This document shows positions 8,068 to 17,646 of a DNA stretch of 64,000 nucleotides, piece after piece. Under the pieces are notes generated by a model that did no database searches, was not told where the DNA came from, and saw only the letters and a list, made by a program, of their open reading frames with translations. Position 1 is the stretch's first letter. Each line of letters opens with the position of its first letter. The DNA lies in the NCBI GenBank assembly GCA_017645765.1, contig JAGCNV010000016.1, forward strand, positions 36,316-100,315, read 5' to 3'. The translations under genes and the position numbers were made by a program. This DNA comes from a bacterium (GTDB lineage: Bacteria; UBP6; UBA1177).

Positions 8068-10734
8068 TTATCTTTTTTCCTGAATTTCCTTCCGGTACTC
8101 GCTCGGAGTTTTTCCGGTCCATTTCTTGAAGATCGGATTGAAAGTGCTCTTCGATTTGAAACCCGCTTCGAGGAGAAGTTCAAGAACGCTTTTGTCATCG
8201 AATTTCGGATCGCGCATCATTGAAACCACCTCTTCCAAACGGTACGAATTGACGAAATTATAGAAAGTCTGACCGCAGTAACCGTTCAGGACATAGGAGA
8301 GTGTATTTGCCGAAAGCCCCAGTTTTTTCGCAAGCTTAGGCAACGTAAGATCCGGATTTTTATAGAGTTTTTCTTTTTCCATCAGATCAGTTGCCTCTTT
8401 CGCATAGGCTGCTGCGATCTCGTCGTCAAGCTGATAACCCTCATATTTCTGCTTTTCTTCAACTTCGTCAGCAGCAGGATCGAAAATGTCTTCAGAAGCA
8501 GCCGTTTCTTCAGTTTCTCCGGTTTCATCGCATTCGGACTCTACGGAATTATCCTGCAAATCAGGCATGTTATCATCATTTCCACTTTCTACGGCAGAAT
8601 CCTGTTCCGCGGACACAGCATTCTCCCCTCGCCCAACTATTTCTCCCTCGCCACTCTGGAGAGGGTCAGGGTGAGGTCCGGGCTGGGGGTGAGGTCCGGG
8701 CTGGGGGTGAGGTCTGGTGTCGGGGTGAGGTCTTCTCACCACAAAAATCACACAAACCGCTGCCAGACCGGCAAAAACCGCAAAAATCCACAAATAATTT
8801 GATTTTTCTTCGTTTTCAACAATAATAGCTGCACTTTCTTCAGGCACAACCGAATCGAATTTTACAGATTTTCTCCCCTCTTTCTTCAAAACTGCGACTC
8901 CTTCAAGGGTCGGGAACCACAGATCGCCGTTTTTTCTCTTCAAAACAGAGGGCTGGACTCCTCCTGTCGATTCCGGTCTGCGGATTCCGTCTGACGCATC
9001 GAACGGAGTGCATGAAAGCCGCGCGTTTTCACTTTGCGCCGCCGCCAGGAGCTCGTTCCTGGGAATAGAAAAAATGCCGTTTGTGCTTGAAAACCAGAGA
9101 TTTCCGCTTTCATCGGCTGTAATTCCCAGAATCGTGTCGCTGCAGAGCCCTTTCCGCGAATCAAGCTGCTTGAATTTCATGTCAGGAAATATCAAAGTTA
9201 TGCCGCGGTGCATCGAACCTACAAGAACGATATCGTTTTCATCGACATAGAGACTGACCGGGACATTTCCGGTAACGCCATGATTTATTTCATGAAATTC
9301 ATCATTTTTATCGAGCTGCCAAAGCCCCTGCGAAGCAGCAAACCATAGATTTCCGGCGTTATCCTGCGCAATTGCCGAAACAAAATCTGAATCGTCACCG
9401 AATTTGCGGAGAAGATGCCACCCTTTTGCCGTGTTCAAGTATATCGCGCCGCCGCCGCCGCCTGCCCAAAGACGGGATTTTCTGTCGCGGAAAATGACAC
9501 CCACAGCATTCACACGAACATCGTTTTCGCTTTTCATCTTCTTGAAAACATTGGGTTTTTCCGGAGAAAGCGAAATTATTCCTGAAGTCGTTCCTACAAG
9601 AATGCTCCCGTCGTCGTTTTTAAACAGTCCGCCGACAAAACGTCCGATATCGCCTTTTCTGTCCCTGACATATCTGAACTGTCCGTTCTCGTAGACGAAA
9701 AGTCCGCCGCCGCGCGTTCCCGTCCAGACTCTGCCGGCATCATCCTCGACAAGTGCGTAGACTTTTTCGGAAAAAAGCCCCGATTCGCGCCCCAGAGTCA
9801 TGAATTTTCCAGGATAAAAAAGGGTGATCCCGCGGCTGCCGGCCAGCCAGACAAAAGCGCCGTCAAGCATGACTTCCGAAACGGAACCGGCATCGGCACA
9901 GAAAGCGCCGCACGGCTTCAGCACGCCGTTTTCCGCAAAAAAGAGGGCGCCGTCCGAGACAAAAGCAGCTGTTCCGCCCTGAAAATCGAGCGAAGTCACC
10001 GCCTTACGCGACTCAGTTTTCGCGATTTTCCAGCATTTTCCGTTCTTTATCTCAAAAACAGTTCCTTCGGCCGTTCCGGCAAAAACCCTCCCCTCTTTCG
10101 CCTTTCCGGCGGTTACAGGCGAAGAATTTCCGGCACAGAGATTTTCCGAAAAACCGCTTTCTCCCCAAGCCCTGACTTCCCCGTTTTCAAAACCGGCGTA
10201 GAGCTCTGTTCCGTCCGAAAAAACAGCGGAAAGAGAACTTTCAGGGAAAGCGGACAAATCACTTAACATTACGATTTTATTGGATTTTATCATAATTATT
10301 TCTTTAGCCGAGGCTGCAAAAAGAGTGCAGTCATCAAAAGCTTCGATATCAAAAATCCCGCGCATTTCGACAACTTTCGAGATTTTTTTACCGAAGCCGG
10401 AAATTTCGGAAATTCCCATCGGAGTTGCAACGAAAACTTTTCCGCTGCACCCAGTCAAATCATTGATTTTATTGCTTAAAATCGCAGAATTTGTGCTTTT
10501 GCTGAAAATTTCGGACGAATTTGAATCGATCCTTACAAGCCCTTCGACCGTCCCTGCCCAGAGCAGACCGTTTTCGTCCCGGTACAAAGAAGTAACGCTG
10601 TTGTGAGGCAGCCCCGATGCGGAAGTCCACGAGCGGGAGGCCGAGTAGAAAAAATCCTGAAGCAGTGAAGGGTCTCCGAAAATCGTGAAGGAAAATAAAA
10701 ACAGAGTTGAGAAAAATAAAAAACGCCCAAACAT
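8068..10734 (-). CDS. Membrane one-component regulator. Domain order: signal peptide, periplasmic two-component-regulator propeller (Reg_prop repeats, Y_Y_Y-like), one TM helix, Pro/His repeat plus acidic linker, C-terminal AraC-family HTH.
   Basis: Repeated G-x-hWhGT-x-x-GL motifs (NGLLWAGTVEGLVRID, GRVWTGTRGGGLFVYENG, SRLWAGGGGGAIYLN, GNLWFAASQGLWQLD, GNLWFSSTNGIFSI). TM helix YLWIFAVFAGLAAVCVIFVV. C-terminus LSANTLSYVLNGYCGQTFYNFVNSYRLEEVVSMM...KSKSTFNPIFKKWTGKTPSEYRKE is AraC-type. No kinase or receiver domains are present. Confidence 0.7.
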   Translation of the reverse strand: MFGRFLFFSTLFLFSFTIFGDPSLLQDFFYSASRSWTSASGLPHNSVTSLYRDENGLLWAGTVEGLVRIDSNSSEIFSKSTNSAILSNKINDLTGCSGKVFVATPMGISEISGFGKKISKVVEMRGIFDIEAFDDCTLFAASAKEIIMIKSNKIVMLSDLSAFPESSLSAVFSDGTELYAGFENGEVRAWGESGFSENLCAGNSSPVTAGKAKEGRVFAGTAEGTVFEIKNGKCWKIAKTESRKAVTSLDFQGGTAAFVSDGALFFAENGVLKPCGAFCADAGSVSEVMLDGAFVWLAGSRGITLFYPGKFMTLGRESGLFSEKVYALVEDDAGRVWTGTRGGGLFVYENGQFRYVRDRKGDIGRFVGGLFKNDDGSILVGTTSGIISLSPEKPNVFKKMKSENDVRVNAVGVIFRDRKSRLWAGGGGGAIYLNTAKGWHLLRKFGDDSDFVSAIAQDNAGNLWFAASQGLWQLDKNDEFHEINHGVTGNVPVSLYVDENDIVLVGSMHRGITLIFPDMKFKQLDSRKGLCSDTILGITADESGNLWFSSTNGIFSIPRNELLAAAQSENARLSCTPFDASDGIRRPESTGGVQPSVLKRKNGDLWFPTLEGVAVLKKEGRKSVKFDSVVPEESAAIIVENEEKSNYLWIFAVFAGLAAVCVIFVVRRPHPDTRPHPQPGPHPQPGPHPDPLQSGEGEIVGRGENAVSAEQDSAVESGNDDNMPDLQDNSVESECDETGETEETAASEDIFDPAADEVEEKQKYEGYQLDDEIAAAYAKEATDLMEKEKLYKNPDLTLPKLAKKLGLSANTLSYVLNGYCGQTFYNFVNSYRLEEVVSMMRDPKFDDKSVLELLLEAGFKSKSTFNPIFKKWTGKTPSEYRKEIQEKR
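8667..8735 (-). repeat. 18-bp tandem repeat (ggggtgaggtccgggctg x about 4) encoding a P-H/P-Q-P-G repeat (HPQPGPHPQPGPHPDP) in the cytoplasmic linker of the regulator
   Basis: Direct reading of the DNA and of the protein repeat. Confidence 0.8.
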
Positions 10735-10823
10735 GACGGCATTGTAAAAATCTGATTTTTTTTGGCAAGTTTTGTCGTTCTTGTCGCCGCCGCCGAAAAT
10801 CAGAATCGTTGTTATCGTTATTT

Positions 10824-10894
10824 CGATTCGCCGCCTTTCGATATTTCGAGATTACGAAAATTCGATATTTCGACAAAAAAGATTGGCGGCGGCG
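10824..10894. repeat. Intergenic palindromic element: GC stem (cgccgcc ... ggcggcggcg) enclosing two copies of ttcgatatttcga(g/c)
   Basis: Seen directly. A related element lies at 53091..53147. Confidence 0.6.
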
Positions 10895-10997
10895 TCAAGA
10901 AGAATGACCGTTACATCCAAAAAACTGGATTTTTTTCTTTTTTTGGTTAAAATACATTGGTTTTTTAAAATTCAGTTGTTTTATATAGGAGTTTCAA

Positions 10998-13900
10998 ATG
11001 AAAATTTTCAAGATTCTGGTTTGTCTCATGTTTGTTTTTGCCATTTCCGCGTGTCATGACAAAAAAACTACTTACGATTATCCAGACGAGGATCCTACAA
11101 CTGCCGAAAAAGGCAATGTCGGCGATCCGTGCCAGAAAAACCCTGACTGTAAAGAGGGTCTTTTCTGCATAGACAAGGTGTGCAGCGAACCTGTTGAAGA
11201 CGAAGACCAGATCAATGATCCGGACGAAAATCCGGAAAATGACGAAGACATTTCAGATACCGAACCGACGGACGATTCGGATACAGACACAAATGTGCCC
11301 GACACGAACCCGACAGACGATTCAGATACTGCGGTTCCTGACAAGGACGAACCGGAAGATACCGATACTCAGCCGGATGAAGACGCTGATATTCCCGATT
11401 ACACTCAGGAATGCGGCAACGGCATCCGCGATCAGGGCGAAGAGTGCGACAACGGTGCCGAGAACAGCGATGAACCCGGAATTCCCGGAATCACCTGCCG
11501 AACCGACTGCCTTTTTGCAAGATGCAGAGACGGCATTGTCGATTCAGGCGAACGCTGCGACGACGGTAATGCTTCGACCGGCGACTACTGCAGCCCCGAC
11601 TGCCAGACAATAACCGGTTACTGCGGCGACGGTGTCCAGCAGACAAACGAAAACTGCGATCCCGTCATCGAGCCGTACTGTGCTGATGACTGTTCAGGAA
11701 TCGCGGGATACTGCGGCGACGGCATAAAGCAGCCTCACGAGAAATGCGACAACGCCGAACCAGGCGAAGGCGGCGGCGAAGGAATCGGACCTTATTACTG
11801 CAGCATAGACTGTCAGGGAATCATGGGTTCATGCGGCGACGGCCGGCTCCAGGAGAATGAAGCATGCGATGACGGCAGCAAAAACGGCCGTTACGGCTAC
11901 TGCAATGCGACATGCTCAGGCGACGGTCCGAAATGCGGTGACGGAAAGACTGACCTCGGCCACGAAGCATGCGACGACGGCAACACTCTGGACGGAGATT
12001 ACTGCTCGGCAGACTGCCAGACTTCAAACGGAAGATGCGGCGACGGTATAAAACAGGATTTCGAGGTTTGCGACAATGCAACTTACGGCGAAGGAAAAGG
12101 TTTATACTGCGACGACGACTGCCAGACAGACCACGGTACATGCGGTGACGGCGTTATTTATGAAGAAGCTGGCGAAGAATGTGACGATGGAGGAAGCAAC
12201 AACCTTATATACTGTCCTTACAGCATAAATATGACCACCTGCACGCTGTGTTCCGCCTCATGTCATCCCAAAGAAGGCATCCCGAGATACTGCGGCGACG
12301 GCGTTGTAAGCAACCTCGCAGGCGAAGAGTGCGACAAGGCGAATTTCGGAGACGGAACAGGACCTTACTACTGCTCGGATGACTGCATGAAAGTCATAGG
12401 TTCATGCGGCGACGGCGTAAAACAGCCCAACGAAGCATGTGATCCGGGGCTTGATCCGTACTGCTCTTCCGACTGCAAAAAATCTGAAGGTGAATGCGGC
12501 GACGGCACGAGAAACGGCAGCGAAGAGTGCGATAACGGCGCAGACAACGGCAAAACGGACTGCGAGTACGGCCTGACAAGCTGCAAAGTCTGTACGACTT
12601 CATGCACCGAAACCGACGGAAAAGCGCATTACTGCGGCAACGAATCGCTTGATCAGGGCGAAGAGTGCGATGACGGCAACGAAAACGGAAATTACGGAAA
12701 ATGCAACAGCGACTGTTCAGGTCCCGGCAAGCACTGCGGCGACGGAAACATTGATTCCGAAAACGGCGAAGTCTGCGACAACGGCGCAGACAACGGCAAA
12801 AAGGACTGCGAGTACGGCCTGACAAGCTGCAAAGTCTGCACGACTTCATGCACCGAAACCGACGGAACAGCAGCTTACTGCGGCGACGGCAAACTAAACC
12901 GCGAAAACTGCGACGGTTATGAAAACTGTGTTGTTACCGCCGGCGTAAACGAAACCTGCGACGACGGAATAAACGACGGCCAGTACGGACACTGTCTGCC
13001 AGGCTGCTACGGTGCAGGACAACGCTGCGGTGACGGTGAAGTAAACGGCAGCGAAAAATGCGACGACGGCGATGAAGAAAACGGAAATTACGGAAAATGC
13101 AAAACAGACTGCTCAGGTCCTGGCGAACGCTGCGGCGACGGAACAATCCAGACTGAACACGGTGAAGTCTGCGACGACGGTGAAGACAACGGAACTTACT
13201 CGCTGAATGCGCCCGGACACTGCAATTCAGACTGCAAAGGATACGGAGAAGGCGGAATATGCGGTGACGGAACACAACAGCCGGAAGAAGCTTGTGACAG
13301 AGGTGAAGACCTCAACGGACGCGAATCGTGCGCTTACGGCCAAACAAGCTGTGAGGTATGCTCCACAAGATGCACACTTACAGCCGGCAAAACTGCATAC
13401 TGCGGCGACGGACATCGGGATTCCGACTACGAGGAATGCGACAGAGGTGCCGAAAACGCAGACTACAATGCTCCATGCAACACTGAATGCTCCGGCGTTC
13501 CGCCGAAATGCGGCGACGGAAATATCGACGAAACATTCGGTGAAACCTGCGATGACGGTGAAGACAACGGAACTTATCTCTTCGAACAACCCGGATCCTG
13601 CAACAGCAACTGCCAGGGTCAGGGCGAAGGCGGATGGTGCGGCGACGGCACGCAGAACGGCGGCGAAAGCTGCGATGCCGGTATACTCAACAACGGCGCG
13701 TACGGCGGACTCTGCGACACAACATGCAGCGGAAGCCCCACTTACTGCGGCGACGGAAAAATACAGAGCAGAGCGCTTTGCACTGCTGATGACGAGACTC
13801 TTGAGGCAAACGGCTACTTAAATCAGAACGATTTCCTGCTTCAGAACGGATTCAATGATGTAGAAGCCTGCCTGGCTCAACTTACCGATGCAAACGAAGT

Positions 13901-16382
13901 ATGTGACGAAGGCGACGGATTAAACGGAACTTACGGTCACTGCAACAGCGAATGCTCGGCAATACTTAAATGCGGAGACGGAATAATCCAGAGCGGAAAC
14001 GGCGAAGAGTGCGACAGCGGCGATGCAAACGGCACGACAGACCAGTGCGCGTACAACGAAACAAGCTGCAAACTCTGCAATGCTCAATGTAAGGAATTCA
14101 ACGGTCAGACTTCATACTGCGGCGACGGGATCGTCGACGAAGATGTCGAGGACTGCGACGACGGCGAAGAAAACGGAAGTTACGGAAACTGCAAATCAGA
14201 CTGTTCCGGACCGATGCCGAAATGCGGCGACGGAAATGTCGACGGCATATACGGCGAAGTCTGCGACGAAGGCTCAGACCTCAACGGAACCTACGGACAC
14301 TGCAGTTCAGGATGCCGCGGAATATCCGAATGCGGCGACGGAATACAGCAGGCGGAAGAGGCGTGCGATAACGGCGAGCCGTTTAACGGAACTTACGGAA
14401 ACTGCAGATCAGACTGCTCCGGAATTACCGGTTACTGCCAAGACGGAATTTTGCAGAAAGCTGCCTGCGGAGGAGAAGAAGGCTGTATCGAGATCCCGGG
14501 TGCCAATGAACAGTGCGATAACGGCGCGGACAACGGCAATACGAAATGTAACTACGGCGAAACAAGCTGCTATGTCTGCACGACTTCATGCCAGCTGACA
14601 AGCGGAACTGAGATTTCATACTGCGGCGACGGAAATGTCGACGGCATACACGGTGAACTCTGCGACGACGGTGAACTCAACGGAACTTTCGGCAAATGCG
14701 ACGAAAGATGTCTGGAAACGGTAACCTGGAGATGCGGTGACGGAAATCCTGATTTCGCTCACGGCGAGACCTGTGACGACAGCGACGGAGTAAACGGAAC
14801 CTATATTCTGGAGAAACCGGGAACCTGCAACTCTGACTGTAAAGAAAGAGGAGCAGGCGGATTCTGCGGCGACGGAATAATCCAGAGTGAACACGGCGAA
14901 ACCTGCGACGACGGTGAAAACAACAACACTCAGGGATTCTGCAACAGCACATGCAACGGGCAGACACCGGTCTGCGGCAACGGAATCGTTGATGCCGGCG
15001 AATTCTGCGATGACGGTGAAAACAAAAACAAATACGGAAAATGCAACGACGACTGCAGCGGTTACGGCACCAGCGGTTACTGCGGTGACGGAATAGTCCA
15101 GAAAAGCACTGATGCCGAGTGCACAGAGTATATTGCGGAAGATCCGGTCAACCGTAAACTTTGTGATGAAACAATAACGACAAACTGCTGCAAAGTCGTT
15201 GAGTTCGCAGCAGGCGATGCTTCCGAGGCATGCGATGACGGCGACGATAACGGACTGTCCCACGATCACTGCAACCAGCTCTGCAGCGGCATTTCATACT
15301 GCGGTGACGGTTTGGTAGGTAAAGATGAAGTGTGCGAAAGAATATGCGTAAGTTACGCAGAAGATCCGAACGATTGTCTTCTTTATGCAGCAAATTTTGC
15401 AGCATCAGTATACAAGAACTGCAGCCTTTTCCCGCAGTTCTCAAGCGGTGAAGTAACTGAATGCAACAGCGAATGTATGCCTGTCCTTACAAGCTGCGTG
15501 AATAACGATGCCTACAGAAGTCCGTTCTTCAACACTAACCAGACGATCTGCTACGACAATTCGGATGACATAACCTGCCCGGCAGAAGCTGAAGATTTCT
15601 ACGGCCAGAGCCCGCAGTTCCTGTATCTCGAGCAGGATTTTGAGGTCAACGGCGGAATAACTTCCGAAGCGGTTTCAAATACGGAATGGCAGACAGAGAC
15701 TCCTGCAACCTACGAAGGCTGTGCTGCCGGAGATTCCTGCACTTACGATGAAGCAGTCAACTACTGCTCGAACCTCGGATTAGGCGGTTACGACGACTGG
15801 AGACTTCCGAGTGCGTTTGATTTCCCGATTATCGCCGATTTCGAAGCGACACCTCATATCCGTTCAGAGTTCACAGATACAAAGAACGATATTTACTGGA
15901 CTGCCGAAGGACTTGCATTCTCGGCAGTCAACGGAACTATGACCGGCGGACACTCGACAGCTCAGGTAAAATGTGTCAGAAAAGCAGGCGAAGAAAGCTG
16001 CCCTGTATGCGGAAACGATCTCGAAATGTTTGAATACAGCGCATCGCTGATAACCGTTTTCAACAAAACAGCCATCGTTATCTGGCATTTCGGGAATCCG
16101 ATGACGAGCGACACATGGCAGCAGGCACTCGATACGTGCAAGAACATCAATATAAACGGTATCAACAGAATGAGACTTCCGACAGCCAGCGAGCTTATAT
16201 CGCTTATTGACGCAACAAACGGCGGTTCGCTGATCCCGGGATTCGCAGAAAGAGCATGGACTTCGACAACTTTGAGCGGCAGTCCGGAAAACAATGCCAA
16301 GGCTTATGTCGTCGACTTTTCGACTTTGAGTCTGGTCACCGATGACAAGACAAACAGCAACTATATAATTTGTGTTGAATAG
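10998..16382 (+). CDS. Giant secreted lipoprotein of 1794 aa. Domain order: lipobox, acidic D/T/P linker, about 40 tandem Myxococcus-type cysteine-rich repeats (CGDG-x-GEECDDGN-x-GDYCS-x-C), two C-terminal DUF1566 (Fib_succ_major-like) domains.
   Basis: N-terminus MKIFKILVCLMFVFAISAC. The repeat unit, e.g. CGDGKTDLGHEACDDGNTLDGDYCSADCQ, recurs throughout. C-terminus YDEAVNYCSNLGLGGYDDWRLPSAFDF and INGINRMRLPTASELISLID match the WRLP..EL signature of DUF1566. Confidence 0.85.
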   Translation: MKIFKILVCLMFVFAISACHDKKTTYDYPDEDPTTAEKGNVGDPCQKNPDCKEGLFCIDKVCSEPVEDEDQINDPDENPENDEDISDTEPTDDSDTDTNVPDTNPTDDSDTAVPDKDEPEDTDTQPDEDADIPDYTQECGNGIRDQGEECDNGAENSDEPGIPGITCRTDCLFARCRDGIVDSGERCDDGNASTGDYCSPDCQTITGYCGDGVQQTNENCDPVIEPYCADDCSGIAGYCGDGIKQPHEKCDNAEPGEGGGEGIGPYYCSIDCQGIMGSCGDGRLQENEACDDGSKNGRYGYCNATCSGDGPKCGDGKTDLGHEACDDGNTLDGDYCSADCQTSNGRCGDGIKQDFEVCDNATYGEGKGLYCDDDCQTDHGTCGDGVIYEEAGEECDDGGSNNLIYCPYSINMTTCTLCSASCHPKEGIPRYCGDGVVSNLAGEECDKANFGDGTGPYYCSDDCMKVIGSCGDGVKQPNEACDPGLDPYCSSDCKKSEGECGDGTRNGSEECDNGADNGKTDCEYGLTSCKVCTTSCTETDGKAHYCGNESLDQGEECDDGNENGNYGKCNSDCSGPGKHCGDGNIDSENGEVCDNGADNGKKDCEYGLTSCKVCTTSCTETDGTAAYCGDGKLNRENCDGYENCVVTAGVNETCDDGINDGQYGHCLPGCYGAGQRCGDGEVNGSEKCDDGDEENGNYGKCKTDCSGPGERCGDGTIQTEHGEVCDDGEDNGTYSLNAPGHCNSDCKGYGEGGICGDGTQQPEEACDRGEDLNGRESCAYGQTSCEVCSTRCTLTAGKTAYCGDGHRDSDYEECDRGAENADYNAPCNTECSGVPPKCGDGNIDETFGETCDDGEDNGTYLFEQPGSCNSNCQGQGEGGWCGDGTQNGGESCDAGILNNGAYGGLCDTTCSGSPTYCGDGKIQSRALCTADDETLEANGYLNQNDFLLQNGFNDVEACLAQLTDANEVCDEGDGLNGTYGHCNSECSAILKCGDGIIQSGNGEECDSGDANGTTDQCAYNETSCKLCNAQCKEFNGQTSYCGDGIVDEDVEDCDDGEENGSYGNCKSDCSGPMPKCGDGNVDGIYGEVCDEGSDLNGTYGHCSSGCRGISECGDGIQQAEEACDNGEPFNGTYGNCRSDCSGITGYCQDGILQKAACGGEEGCIEIPGANEQCDNGADNGNTKCNYGETSCYVCTTSCQLTSGTEISYCGDGNVDGIHGELCDDGELNGTFGKCDERCLETVTWRCGDGNPDFAHGETCDDSDGVNGTYILEKPGTCNSDCKERGAGGFCGDGIIQSEHGETCDDGENNNTQGFCNSTCNGQTPVCGNGIVDAGEFCDDGENKNKYGKCNDDCSGYGTSGYCGDGIVQKSTDAECTEYIAEDPVNRKLCDETITTNCCKVVEFAAGDASEACDDGDDNGLSHDHCNQLCSGISYCGDGLVGKDEVCERICVSYAEDPNDCLLYAANFAASVYKNCSLFPQFSSGEVTECNSECMPVLTSCVNNDAYRSPFFNTNQTICYDNSDDITCPAEAEDFYGQSPQFLYLEQDFEVNGGITSEAVSNTEWQTETPATYEGCAAGDSCTYDEAVNYCSNLGLGGYDDWRLPSAFDFPIIADFEATPHIRSEFTDTKNDIYWTAEGLAFSAVNGTMTGGHSTAQVKCVRKAGEESCPVCGNDLEMFEYSASLITVFNKTAIVIWHFGNPMTSDTWQQALDTCKNININGINRMRLPTASELISLIDATNGGSLIPGFAERAWTSTTLSGSPENNAKAYVVDFSTLSLVTDDKTNSNYIICVE

Positions 16383-16392
16383 GAGATTTACC

Positions 16393-17646
16393 ATGAAATC
16401 AGAAAAAATTTTCTCTTTTTTCCTTCTTCTTGCGGCACTTGTTTTCTGTATAAGCTGCGGCGGCAAAGGCGGCAAATACGACGATCCGGATGATTTCGAC
16501 GCCGTTGACACAGAAGACAAAGATAATCCCGCTCCTGTTACGGATGAAGACACTGACGATAACGGCGACACTGAACCGGACGATTCCGACACTGAACCCG
16601 ATGTAGACGACGACAACCCGGAAATTCCGGATGACACTGACGATAATGACAATCCGCGTCCGGACAGAGATGAGTCAGATTCAGACGAAGAACCTGTTCC
16701 CGACGAAGACAATCCTATTGAACCTTCAGACACAGACTCGATTTCACACAAAGAGGATTCTGAAATAGTCTGCACAGGTCAGACAAAATGCTATAATTCG
16801 AGTGAGGAAATCACATGTCCTTCCACTTCTGACGAGGATTTCTTCGGTCAGGATGCGCAGTATGCCAGCAAAGGTTACTGCTTCCCTAAAAGTTTGGATG
16901 CAAGCAATCCGCAAATCATTACGGACAACAACACCGGATTAGTCTGGCAGAGAAAGATTCCTGCGACTTACGAAGGCTGCACCGGCAACGATGGAGCTTA
17001 CTGTCTTTATCAGCAGGCACTAAATTTCTGTGAAAATCTCACACTCGAAAATTTCGACGACTGGAGACTTCCTACACCTGAAGAATTTGCAACGATCATT
17101 GATTACGGAAGAACTCCGGCTATAAACAAAGAAATTTTCTCGATTCCGAACACTTTATTCCGGGATTTCTGGACTCTGACAGGTTTATATGTCGATTTTA
17201 CGAAAGGAAGCACAGAATCAGGAGACAGCAGTGCAAAACTTGTAAGATGCGTCAGAGGAGACTTTCAGCTTCCGGTCGCCGATTTCACAATTACAAATGA
17301 GGGTAGTGACGAAGAAATCGTTGAGGATTCCGCTCATAATCTATATTGGACAAAAATAGAAAGCGAAGAAGCTCTCAAATGGAAAAAGGCTTTGAATTAC
17401 TGTAATAAACTCAATTACGGAGACAACTCAGGCTGGAGGCTTCCGAGCATCAACGAACTTGCATCAATCCTTGATTATTCGGCCTCGGAACCGGCTTCAA
17501 AATTTCCTTCACTCTCTTCGACTTCATTCTGGTCATCGACTTCCTACAACGAAAGCCCCGACTACGCATGGCGAATCAATTCTTCAAACGGCACGATAGA
17601 AACCGGCAAAAAAACCAAAGAAGCTTCGGTCATCTGCGTCAAATAG
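16393..17646 (+). CDS. Lipoprotein with acidic linker and two DUF1566/Fib_succ_major-like domains (smaller paralog of the preceding gene)
   Basis: AGGAGA sits 8 nt upstream of the ATG at 16393. The track start at 16372 overlaps the previous stop, so it was not used. Signal MKSEKIFSFFLLLAALVFCISC, then D/E/T/P-rich linker, then NFDDWRLPTPEEFATII and NSGWRLPSINELASILD. Confidence 0.75.
   Translation: MKSEKIFSFFLLLAALVFCISCGGKGGKYDDPDDFDAVDTEDKDNPAPVTDEDTDDNGDTEPDDSDTEPDVDDDNPEIPDDTDDNDNPRPDRDESDSDEEPVPDEDNPIEPSDTDSISHKEDSEIVCTGQTKCYNSSEEITCPSTSDEDFFGQDAQYASKGYCFPKSLDASNPQIITDNNTGLVWQRKIPATYEGCTGNDGAYCLYQQALNFCENLTLENFDDWRLPTPEEFATIIDYGRTPAINKEIFSIPNTLFRDFWTLTGLYVDFTKGSTESGDSSAKLVRCVRGDFQLPVADFTITNEGSDEEIVEDSAHNLYWTKIESEEALKWKKALNYCNKLNYGDNSGWRLPSINELASILDYSASEPASKFPSLSSTSFWSSTSYNESPDYAWRINSSNGTIETGKKTKEASVICVK

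Noticed and set aside
10772-11059. 95-aa plus ORF spanning the intergenic ATTTCGA-repeat element
   Set aside because: It crosses a palindromic repeat and the divergent promoter region, and it ends inside the start of the giant gene. It is not coding-like.
11078-15444. Multiple minus-strand ORFs (for example 11821..12141, 12394..12849, 12934..13275, 14616..15269, 15148..15444) inside the giant repeat-protein gene
   Set aside because: They are Arg/Cys/Ser-rich antisense translations of the GC-rich Cys/Asp/Gly codon repeats. The plus-strand 1794-aa ORF has a signal peptide and a coherent domain structure.
16372-16392. Upstream ATG start at 16372 for the DUF1566 x2 lipoprotein as given in the ORF track
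   Set aside because: It overlaps the preceding gene's stop out of frame and has no RBS. The ATG at 16393 has an AGGAGA 8 nt upstream and begins a canonical lipoprotein signal.
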